Source: Candidatus Thorarchaeota archaeon (GTDB lineage Archaea; Asgardarchaeota; Thorarchaeia; Thorarchaeales; Thorarchaeaceae). Taken from it: 16,072 bases of DNA. The DNA is taken from assembly GCA_048884785.1 (NCBI GenBank), contig JBHLQM010000070.1, forward strand, positions 1 to 16,072, given 5' to 3'. Both the position numbers and the translations under genes were made by a program. Positions 8,172 through 16,072 of the stretch are shown piece after piece (position 1 is the first letter of the stretch; every line of letters starts with the position of its first letter). The notes beneath the pieces were generated by a model. It had not been told where the DNA came from and did no database searches. It was given only the letters and a program-made list of their open reading frames with translations.

Positions 8172-9301
8172 AGTGGCTCAAAGAGCGTCTGAAGCCTGTC
8201 CCATGATGGATACTCATATGCAATACCTATCTCAAGTTCTCCCGCCTGAGTGAATATCCTCTTCAGTTCTTGAGCAATCTCTTCCAGAATCCACGGAGCA
8301 ATCTCAAGTCGCAGTCTGCCATAATCGACACTCATCATCTCTTCAGGAACATCAAAATCAGTGAGGAGCAAATTCCACAGGGACTCCAGATTACGTTCAC
8401 TCATCACTCTCCCGCGAGGAGCTCGAATCACTCCTAGAATTAGCAGAGGCTCGTCATCATCCCGTATCTCGAACGGCCGAATCATCCTCTTCAAACGTCG
8501 CTCCAATCGATTCGTCAATTGCACAGAGTCTTTGTATCTTGCCGAACAATAGTGAACACTCATTTTTTGAAGGTTCTTAGAAGACCACTCTAGGACATTG
8601 AGTGCTGTCTCTGCACTTCCTGCGATGCTAGCCGAATCCAGACTGGTTAGCTTCATTCCCATCTTTACCAGACGCTCAAAATTGGTTTCACTAGACTCTA
8701 GCTCATTTACGTTCGCAAAACTTACCCCGACGCTCTCAGCTCTCTGCAGCAATTCCATTAGATATTCAGTCTTTCCTGGGATTGCGGGCACTTCAATTCC
8801 CACAGTCATATTCAGACTGATTGCCCGTTCGATGCCTGACCAATCATTGCCTTGGGGATGAAACCTGATCTCATCTAGCCCTGCAGCCCGAAGTTGCTGC
8901 AGATCTTCAATACTGACATCAGTCTTGCTTGTATAGAGGTGAAGATGGAACCCAGCTCCGTACTCGGACTTTAATAAATTGATGAAATGCAATGTCCTCT
9001 TCATCTCACAGAGAGGATCACCGCCACTTAGTCCGGCTCCTTCAGCACCAATTGCATCAGCTTCCCGAATTATGTCATCATCAACATTAGTAGGCATCTC
9101 GTCTGCGTAGGTCACATCTTTTCCTGCTCTCTTCTCTGAGAGTGGACAATAGTAACATGAGCTATCGCATAGCCCAGTCACAAACAAGACCATTTTGGAC
9201 CCCTTCGCACACATTTTACACCCCTTTGGAAGAACACCGAGTAGTATTGATCCACCATTCAACTCCTTAATTTTCCGGTCTCTCTTGCTCAATTCAGTCA
9301 C
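8168..9301 (-). CDS. Radical SAM protein, COG2108-like, function unknown
   Basis: GCKMC, LFVTGLCDSSCYYCP (CxxxCxxC), SGGDP, HLHLYT, GLDEIRFHP, NELE, HYC. Confidence 0.9.
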   Translation of the reverse strand: MTELSKRDRKIKELNGGSILLGVLPKGCKMCAKGSKMVLFVTGLCDSSCYYCPLSEKRAGKDVTYADEMPTNVDDDIIREADAIGAEGAGLSGGDPLCEMKRTLHFINLLKSEYGAGFHLHLYTSKTDVSIEDLQQLRAAGLDEIRFHPQGNDWSGIERAISLNMTVGIEVPAIPGKTEYLMELLQRAESVGVSFANVNELESSETNFERLVKMGMKLTSLDSASIAGSAETALNVLEWSSKNLQKMSVHYCSARYKDSVQLTNRLERRLKRMIRPFEIRDDDEPLLILGVIRAPRGRVMSERNLESLWNLLLTDFDVPEEMMSVDYGRLRLEIAPWILEEIAQELKRIFTQAGELEIGIAYEYPSWDRLQTLFEPL

Positions 9302-9999
9302 TCTCTTCTCTTTATCGTACGACGGAGTGCTGGATCACTATCTGATAGTTTCTTGGCAACGGCTTCAAAGCTCTCATCATCCTCAACTATGTGTGTAAGA
9401 TAGACGCCAGTACGTCCAACATCATCACGACGTCTGAGAACACGAACTCGCTCGTCTGCTATCGCTCTACTCACTCCAAGCACTTTTGCGACATAAGACT
9501 CATACCCAATGACACCATGTTCAGTATGACCAAAATCTGTTGGTTCAATCAATAACAATCTCTTATCTACACCCGGAACTCTATGACGATTCCTTAGTCC
9601 TTGAAGGTCAATTTGGCCTCCCCATTTATAGAACTCTCTCTCACGAGACATCATCCTAAACAACGGGAAGCTAACTACAATCCCGTCTTCCAGATGAAAG
9701 TGTCCCTTCAATACAGATGATGGTGTTGCCTGTACCAGTTCTTTTCGAATTCCTTTTCCTTCAAGTGCGACCTCAATTTTATAGCTGGAAACAATATCAG
9801 GGACGATTATATCAATGTCAGAGCTAGATGAAGTATCACCCCGTGCCAATGATCCATAGACGTATGGTTTGATACCTGCACGTTCGAGTTTCATCATATA
9901 TATTGAAGCTCTCGCTCTCAACTCATACAGAAGCTGCCAGTGATTATTGTCATACTTGACCATCCTTTTCTCATGGAGGACTTCTGGTTTCCGTGCCAA
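9298..9999 (-). CDS. Pol-beta-superfamily nucleotidyltransferase, COG2413-like
   Basis: GSLARGD...SDIDI, QATP, EFYKWGG, RVPGVDKRL, RRDDVGRTG. TTG start with GGGAG SD. Confidence 0.88.
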   Translation of the reverse strand: MARKPEVLHEKRMVKYDNNHWQLLYELRARASIYMMKLERAGIKPYVYGSLARGDTSSSSDIDIIVPDIVSSYKIEVALEGKGIRKELVQATPSSVLKGHFHLEDGIVVSFPLFRMMSREREFYKWGGQIDLQGLRNRHRVPGVDKRLLLIEPTDFGHTEHGVIGYESYVAKVLGVSRAIADERVRVLRRRDDVGRTGVYLTHIVEDDESFEAVAKKLSDSDPALRRTIKRRE

Positions 10000-10945
10000 T
10001 CTTCTCAGTCAACTCCCTGTTCTTGAGTTCATCAAGTAGACTACAGGTCTTACAAATCCGAGATGAGGTTGGAGTTCCACACTTCGAACATATCTGGGAA
10101 GTGATATCATCATCCGAATGAATCATTACCTCAGCTATTGCTTCTCCGGAGTGCAGGATTGCAGTCAACGTCCCAGGTCTCTTGTATTCCATCTCATTCA
10201 GGAATTCTCGAATATCATTCCTGTACGCCTCCACAGCATATGGACAGGGTATGTCATGATATGGAAGTTTGAGATGATGCGAGTATGCCACGACATCTCT
10301 CTCACTAAGCTCCATAATTGGCTTCACACGAGGTACAAATCCAGGAACTGCGTTTTCCCGAAGTCGATTGGTACGGCCAATCCTGCGACTATCTCCTCGA
10401 AGTATATTCATAATAGTAGTCTGAGCCTCATCATCCATGTTATGCCCAGTTGCAACAACATCTGCTGCAAGCTCTTTTGCTGCGTCGTTGAGAGCTCTTC
10501 GCCTGAAGACACCGCAATAGGAGCACGCTCCATATGTGTTATCCTCCGTTCGCCCTGAAATCACATCATCCAAAGACATTCCGAATAGATCATGAAATGA
10601 GCGAATCTCGAGTGGCAGACTCAGACTCTCTGTCAGTTTCTCTGCAGCTGCCAAAGCTCTATCTCGATATCCCTTAATGCCCTCGTCTATTATGAGTGGT
10701 ATTAGTTCTGATTTTGGGTAATTCTCTTCTATACGCTTCAGGACATCTAAGAGGACGGCGCTATCCTTTCCTCCTGAAATGGCAACAACGATTCTGTCGT
10801 CATCTTGAAACATCTTGTAGCGATTGATGGTCTTGCGTACTCTCTCCACTGTAGTCTGAACCAAACATGCTTTGCACAGGCGCTCAGCTGTATACCTTCT
10901 GAGATAGACAGCTTCCTGCCCACATTTAGAGCACTTAACAGACAT
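9971..10945 (-). CDS. TIGR00269/TtuA-NcsA-Ctu1 family tRNA 2-thiolation PP-loop ATPase
   Basis: SGGKDS PP-loop, CSYCGVFRR, TGHNMDDEAQT, CPY, and N- and C-terminal CxxC pairs. Confidence 0.92.
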   Translation of the reverse strand: MSVKCSKCGQEAVYLRRYTAERLCKACLVQTTVERVRKTINRYKMFQDDDRIVVAISGGKDSAVLLDVLKRIEENYPKSELIPLIIDEGIKGYRDRALAAAEKLTESLSLPLEIRSFHDLFGMSLDDVISGRTEDNTYGACSYCGVFRRRALNDAAKELAADVVATGHNMDDEAQTTIMNILRGDSRRIGRTNRLRENAVPGFVPRVKPIMELSERDVVAYSHHLKLPYHDIPCPYAVEAYRNDIREFLNEMEYKRPGTLTAILHSGEAIAEVMIHSDDDITSQICSKCGTPTSSRICKTCSLLDELKNRELTEKIGTETRSPP

Positions 10946-11013
10946 TCCATAGACTCCAGAATAGGCTTGAATCTGGAATCATTACACTCGCTGTTAAGAT
11001 TAGTCATCTGGGT

Positions 11014-11424
11014 CTATTCGTCTTCTTTCTCGTCAGTTGATTCGTCTGTATGACCATGGTGCTGTTTAGTCTGTACAGCAACCTTTGATGTTCGAAACTG
11101 CGCTGCAAGGATTACATCTTCAATTCCTCTATGCCAATCCGCAGGGGACGAAGCCAATTTAAGATCTTTACAAGCCTCAGCAAGACGTTCTACACGTGCC
11201 AATGATTCTACACGATCTGTTGAGTGGCGTCTTTCATCATACAACTGTAATGCTTGACCCTTCAGTGCTTCCCAATCAATATGTCCGTTTGATTGGAGAA
11301 TTAGCTTGACTCTTGCCAAAGGCTCTTGCCATGAGCCAGGTAGGAACATTGTGAGGTAATCCGTGAAGGCCTTTCTAGCCTTCTCTCTAACATCATCTAT
11401 TGCTACAAGTTGTGAGGTAATCAT
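11014..11424 (-). CDS. Hypothetical helical protein with acidic tail
   Basis: 136-aa ORF filling the gap between co-oriented genes, amphipathic helical pattern. No family recognised. Confidence 0.7.
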   Translation of the reverse strand: MITSQLVAIDDVREKARKAFTDYLTMFLPGSWQEPLARVKLILQSNGHIDWEALKGQALQLYDERRHSTDRVESLARVERLAEACKDLKLASSPADWHRGIEDVILAAQFRTSKVAVQTKQHHGHTDESTDEKEDE

Positions 11425-11515
11425 CGTCCATCATTGACTAATCATGTTTTGTCCCTTATTTAGTCCGATAAGAGTCAAGTTTGCACGGATAGTGCGCAAA
11501 ACTCGACTCGAATGT

Positions 11516-12682
11516 CTAGAATAGCGCTTTTCCTGTCAGAAAGGTGAGGGCAATACTCAATATGACAATTGATAGAGCAGCAATTCGTGCGGGCCACATG
11601 ATATACCTAATCTTCTTCTCATCCTTTATTCTCAGGCTAAGCCCGTTTGATAGGAGCTTGTCTCCATCAAGGAAGGGCACCGGCAAGAGATTGAAGAGAG
11701 CAACTGAGAAGAGGATAATGAACGTCCAGCTCATGAGCTGCTGAAAGTGAAACGCAAACATCGGGTCAAAGAGCAAATCAAAGCCCGGCTTTGGTTCCCA
11801 GTAGTCTGCTCCATATACCCCAATATATCCCCTAGTCGAATCAGGCGTTGCATTTCCTAAAGTCATTTGAAAGGTCCCACGTAACGTATGGACAGTCACA
11901 CTATCTCCGGTGGTTGTGTTGGTCATGAAGAGCGAAACACCGTACCAATTATCAATCTCTGTTTCATTAAGTCCTATAATGACATCACCAAGTTCCAAGG
12001 TTTGGGATGCCGGAGATTCCGGAACAATATCGTAGATATATGCCCCGCTCGGAGGATTAAAGCCCACCGATAGGATTGGACCCATATTCCATATGATTAC
12101 TAGGAAGAAGAAACTCCAGATCAGATTTGCATAGGATCCAGCTGCGAGCAATCGCATTCTTGCTTTTGGAGACGCTTCCTGCTCGAAGACATCCTCATCA
12201 GGCTCAACAAACCCTCCGAAGAGAACTAGAAATGCCAAAAGTCCGGAGCTCTTTATTGGAATTCCATCCTTTGCAGATGCAAGGCCATGTGCAAACTCAT
12301 GTACGATAAGCGTAATTGCCAGTCCAAATAGCATATAGATTAGCGGAAGACCTGTTATGGTGACTCCTGGAATGATTGGAACAACTCCTCCTGCAGTATC
12401 AGGTGCAATGAAGAAGCGTAATAGATTGTCCCCAAACATCCAGAATCCTACAATCATACCGCCAAACGCCACTATTACACCCAAGTTGAAGAATGCCACT
12501 GGAAACTTCTTTCCCATTCTTGTGAGAAAGGCATTCAAACGCTCTGTCTTCCACATCAGGAAGAAAGGCGTACCAGCCTCTAGTCCCTTTTGACTTAATT
12601 TGTCTACACCTACTGCTTGAGCTATGACATAGACAAGTAGATAGAGTCCAACAATGATGAGGAGCGCTGTAGTAATATCCAT
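11516..12682 (-). CDS. Site-2 protease (peptidase M50) with PDZ domain
   Basis: HEFAH zinc motif, GGFVEP, AAGSYAN, PDZ-like SPA...GDVI, NLLPVPFLDG, multiple TM segments. Confidence 0.93.
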   Translation of the reverse strand: MDITTALLIIVGLYLLVYVIAQAVGVDKLSQKGLEAGTPFFLMWKTERLNAFLTRMGKKFPVAFFNLGVIVAFGGMIVGFWMFGDNLLRFFIAPDTAGGVVPIIPGVTITGLPLIYMLFGLAITLIVHEFAHGLASAKDGIPIKSSGLLAFLVLFGGFVEPDEDVFEQEASPKARMRLLAAGSYANLIWSFFFLVIIWNMGPILSVGFNPPSGAYIYDIVPESPASQTLELGDVIIGLNETEIDNWYGVSLFMTNTTTGDSVTVHTLRGTFQMTLGNATPDSTRGYIGVYGADYWEPKPGFDLLFDPMFAFHFQQLMSWTFIILFSVALFNLLPVPFLDGDKLLSNGLSLRIKDEKKIRYIMWPARIAALSIVILSIALTFLTGKALF

Positions 12683-12883
12683 GGCAATTCACTTCAAACA
12701 AGGAGTGTTACTGTGGCGAGTTGCACGAGAGTTATAATGCTTATGTCATGGGCGAATACTTGTCGTTCATCCCAATGCATGAAAACTCAGCTAGACCACA
12801 ACGCTCATAAAGTGAAGTCAAGTGGCTACCGCTGCTGTCTGGCCTTCAGACAGCGGAATAATCTTAGGTAGGCGAGATAATAA

Positions 12884-13267
12884 TTGCCTTTCAAACTAGT
12901 AATTAGTGACCCAGAATCTAAAACGGCCATCCAGTACGAACTGGATGACGCCAAGACCAACGCGCTTGTTGGTAAGACAATCGGAGAGATTGTAGAAGGT
13001 GATGTTCTCGGCCTGCCAGGGTATAAGCTGAAGATTACTGGTGGGAGTGACAAGTCAGGATTCCCAATCCGACCCGATGTACATGGGTCCGGAAAGAAAC
13101 GCATTCTAATCCGTGGTCCTCCGGGCTTTAAGCCAGATAGGAGAGGCACTGCAAAGCGTAAAATGGTGCGTGGCAGAGAACTCGGTTCTGATATCTCACA
13201 GGTCAATATGAGAATTGAAGAGAAGGGATCCACTCCTCTCGAGGATTTGATCACTAAGGCCGCATGA
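12884..13267 (+). CDS. rps6e: 30S ribosomal protein S6e (eS6)
   Basis: FKLVISDP, LKITGGSDKSGFP, RKMVRG, ISQVN. TTG start. Confidence 0.97.
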   Translation: MPFKLVISDPESKTAIQYELDDAKTNALVGKTIGEIVEGDVLGLPGYKLKITGGSDKSGFPIRPDVHGSGKKRILIRGPPGFKPDRRGTAKRKMVRGRELGSDISQVNMRIEEKGSTPLEDLITKAA

Positions 13268-13420
13268 TTTCTAAAAAGTGCTGCATAATGCTGCAGCCTC
13301 GCCTTGGACTATACTTGTACGAATCAGAATCATTGTCTATTGGCCAACATACCATAGACTTCTTATGGGAACCGTTAAGTTCCTGAACACCGACAAGGGA
13401 CAGGTGGAAGTGATTATCAG

Positions 13421-14659
13421 GTGACCAGGTATCAGGGACAGTCTGAAGTTAGCATTGGTGCATTAGGTCATGTGGACCATGGAAAGACAACAATGGTTAG
13501 CTATCTGACCGGAGAGTGGACAGACCGTCACTCAGACGAAATCCGACGTGGTATCTCAATTCGTTTAGGGTATGCTGCCACTAGCATTCTGAAGTGCACA
13601 AAATGCCCTATACCTGATGGCTACACCACATCACATCTTGCAAAAGATGACAAATGTCCCAAATGTGGCGGCGACGTTCAGATAATCAGGGAAATCTCAT
13701 TTGTTGACAGTCCTGGTCACGAGTCTTTGATGGCAACATGTCTTAGTGGAGCCAGCTTGATGGATGGAGCCATACTTGTAATTGCAGTCAATGAGCCCTG
13801 TCCAATGCCACAGACATCCGAACATCTCCATGCACTTGAGATTGTTGGAGTTAATAATATAGTAATTGTCCAGAACAAGATTGAGCTTGTCAGCAGAGAA
13901 GAGGCACTGGAACACTACCGGCAAATCAAGGAGTTTGTTAAAGGCACAATCGCTGAGAACGCACCCATTATTCCCTTCTCAGCCGTCTTTGGTGCCAATG
14001 CTGATTTGCTCATCGATGCAATTCAGAAGGTAGTCCCAACTCCCCACAGAGATGCAGAGGCATTGCCAAAGATGTATGTCGCTCGGTCATTTGATATCAA
14101 CAAACCGGGATCTCTTCCTCAGAATCTCAAGGGAGGCGTTGTGGGCGGATCAGTAGTTCAAGGAAAACTCAAAGTTGGAGAAGAGATTGAGATCACCCCG
14201 GGTCATAAGACCGAAAAAGGCTTTGAACCAATCAGGGCAAAGATTACTAGTCTTCTCTCCGGAAGTGGAAACAGTCTTCAAGAAGCTTTTCCAGGAGGGC
14301 TAATTGGAGTTGGAACCGAACTGGATCCCGCATCTACAAGGGCTGACCGGTTGGTCGGGAATGTTATTGGACGGGTGGGAAAGCTTCCGAAACCAATAGA
14401 GAAGATGATGATAACTCCCAAACTCATGGAACGGGTCGTTGGCTCAGAGAGTCACGCAGCTGTTGGGAACCTCCGCTTGAATGAGCCTCTTATGTTGGTC
14501 GTTGGGACCGCTGCAACAGTTGGGGTAATCTCTAGACTGCATGGAGAAGACATTGAGCTTGTTCTGAAACGTCCCGTTGTCGCAGAGCCCGGACAAAGGA
14601 TTGCAATTGGTCGTCGTGTTGAGAACAAGTGGCGACTGATAGGTCATGCTCAGCTCTAG
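13421..14659 (+). CDS. eif2g: Translation initiation factor aIF2 gamma subunit
   Basis: [28 protein letters not shown], Zn knuckle, [28 protein letters not shown] start. Confidence 0.97.
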   Translation: MTRYQGQSEVSIGALGHVDHGKTTMVSYLTGEWTDRHSDEIRRGISIRLGYAATSILKCTKCPIPDGYTTSHLAKDDKCPKCGGDVQIIREISFVDSPGHESLMATCLSGASLMDGAILVIAVNEPCPMPQTSEHLHALEIVGVNNIVIVQNKIELVSREEALEHYRQIKEFVKGTIAENAPIIPFSAVFGANADLLIDAIQKVVPTPHRDAEALPKMYVARSFDINKPGSLPQNLKGGVVGGSVVQGKLKVGEEIEITPGHKTEKGFEPIRAKITSLLSGSGNSLQEAFPGGLIGVGTELDPASTRADRLVGNVIGRVGKLPKPIEKMMITPKLMERVVGSESHAAVGNLRLNEPLMLVVGTAATVGVISRLHGEDIELVLKRPVVAEPGQRIAIGRRVENKWRLIGHAQL

Positions 14660-14676
14660 AAAAAAAATCTGGTAGT

Positions 14677-15093
14677 GTGAACCGAGTGCCTCTGGTGGTG
14701 GTCCTTGATACAAATTTCATTGCCGTACCAGCACAGTTTGGTGTAGATATCTTCTCAGAGGCACAGAGAGTACTAGAACAGAGTCTGGAGTTTGTCATTC
14801 TGTCAAGTGCGCTTGATGAGCTGGAACAGAGAATTAGCTCAGCCAAATCGAAAACTGAGGCTCGGGATTTTAGGATTGCACGAGACCTGGCCGAGCGCTG
14901 CAGAATCGAAATAATAGAGCCAGCATCTGAAGGCAAGAGCGTCGACGACCAGCTTCTTGAATTTGCACAGCTTAATAGCGGGGTTCTGGCTACAAATGAT
15001 AAGGAACTACGGCGGCGCGCACGGTCTGCTGGAGTTCCAGTATTACTTCTCAGAGGTCGGTCGCACCTTGTTCTCGATGGTACAGTAATTTGA
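14677..15093 (+). CDS. PIN-domain nuclease (Fcf1/Utp24-like)
   Basis: VVLDTN, ELE, VDD, LATNDKELR; canonical position between eif2g and rpoE1. Start GTG 14677 or 14686 preferred to the overlapping 14629. Confidence 0.88.
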   Translation: MNRVPLVVVLDTNFIAVPAQFGVDIFSEAQRVLEQSLEFVILSSALDELEQRISSAKSKTEARDFRIARDLAERCRIEIIEPASEGKSVDDQLLEFAQLNSGVLATNDKELRRRARSAGVPVLLLRGRSHLVLDGTVI

Positions 15094-15212
15094 CCCGTGT
15101 CACAATGTTTTTATGGCTTATACAGTGAAGGGCCGCTGAGCCGGCGGATTCAGACTATCGGGGCGAATCTGAAGTCTGATTGTTCTTCAACTCATCAATC
15201 AAGGAGCTGATT

Positions 15213-15809
15213 ATAACGTATTCAGTTGTTACTGTTAGAGATGTTGTACGCATTCCACCAAAGGAATTTGGTGCACCACTTGAGAAGGCGGCAGCAACGC
15301 ATCTCAGAAAGACATCAGAGAATGTTCTGGACCGCGACATCGGTCTTATGATTGCAGTCATTGGAATTGATGAGATTGGTCAGGGCAGATTGATGCCCGG
15401 TGACGGTGCGACATACCACACAGTCCAATATCAGGTACTTGCATTCAAGCCAGTTCGTGGTGAGTTGATTGAGGGAAATGTTGTAGAGCTAATGGACTTT
15501 GGAGCATTCATTCGAATGGGGCCTCTTGACGGATTATGCCACGTGAGTCAGATTTGCGATGATTTCATAACCCAAGACTCGAAAGGGAACTCCCTGCTTG
15601 GGAAGGAAACTGGTCGAACGCTCTCTGAAGGGGACCAAGTTCGAGCCAGAATTACGTCTATCAGCTTTGAGTCAGGAAACAGATCCGGAAAACTCGGTCT
15701 TACAATGCGACAGCCATTTCTAGGAAAAGTTGGACCTGATGCGTCATGGATTGAGGATGACGTCAGGTCAGCTCGAGGAGATGCAAAGAAGGAGAAGAAG
15801 AAGGAGTAA
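15213..15809 (+). CDS. rpoE1: RNA polymerase subunit Rpo7 (RpoE'), probable ATA start at 15213 (alternative TTG 15180)
   Basis: DVVRIPP, PGDGATYH, S1 domain FGAFIRMGPLDGLCHVSQI, GLTMRQPFLGK. Confidence 0.95.
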   Translation: MTYSVVTVRDVVRIPPKEFGAPLEKAAATHLRKTSENVLDRDIGLMIAVIGIDEIGQGRLMPGDGATYHTVQYQVLAFKPVRGELIEGNVVELMDFGAFIRMGPLDGLCHVSQICDDFITQDSKGNSLLGKETGRTLSEGDQVRARITSISFESGNRSGKLGLTMRQPFLGKVGPDASWIEDDVRSARGDAKKEKKKE

Positions 15810-15825
15810 ATCTAGGTGAGTAATT

Positions 15826-16038
15826 ATGGCCCGAGCAAAAGCCTGTCGTGAGTGTCATTATCTAACCACGGAACCACAATGTCCTAACTGCAAAAGCACC
15901 AACCTATCCACATCCTACACCGGTGTAGTAGTAATTCTTCCAGGACGCGATGTGCACGATGATCCCCGAAAATCGTCATACATTGCCGATCGGCTGAATA
16001 TTGACAAACCCGGTAAGTACGCTCTGAAGGTCAGATAG
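15826..16038 (+). CDS. spt4: Transcription elongation factor Spt4 (RpoE'')
   Basis: KACREC...CPNC, PGKYALKVR. SD AGGTGA. Confidence 0.95.
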   Translation: MARAKACRECHYLTTEPQCPNCKSTNLSTSYTGVVVILPGRDVHDDPRKSSYIADRLNIDKPGKYALKVR

Positions 16039-16072
16039 GTTCCAAATTCTTGTCACTGGTGAAAGCTTTATT

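Noticed and set aside
534-15361. Numerous antisense or alternate-frame ORFs inside recognised genes
   Set aside because: Shadow ORFs of well-conserved proteins with Ser/Arg-rich, non-protein-like composition.

Overview
Archaeal core-genome window; gene content and style suggest Asgard/Thorarchaeia, but that is inference. Order: DUF1512 protein and a 2-TM Zn-ribbon protein (+); two tandem, apparently intact type II methionine aminopeptidases and an 80-aa orphan (-); dnaG, a LonB-type AAA+ ATPase and pelota (+); radical SAM (COG2108-like), nucleotidyltransferase (COG2413-like), TtuA/NcsA-type tRNA thiolase, a hypothetical protein and a site-2 protease (-); then the conserved rps6e-eIF2gamma-PIN-rpoE1-spt4 block (+). 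No tRNA, rRNA, CRISPR or mobile element was seen. Main leads: (1) a soluble Lon ATPase with no protease domain, a Zn ribbon in place of the membrane anchor and an HbYX-like C-terminal YFF, lying between exosome-associated DnaG and pelota, so a candidate proteasome-feeding quality-control module; (2) probable AUA start codons for dnaG and rpoE1 with identical AGGAG-N6-ATA geometry; (3) DUF1512 as a possible circularly permuted HybD/YyaC-type aspartic peptidase.
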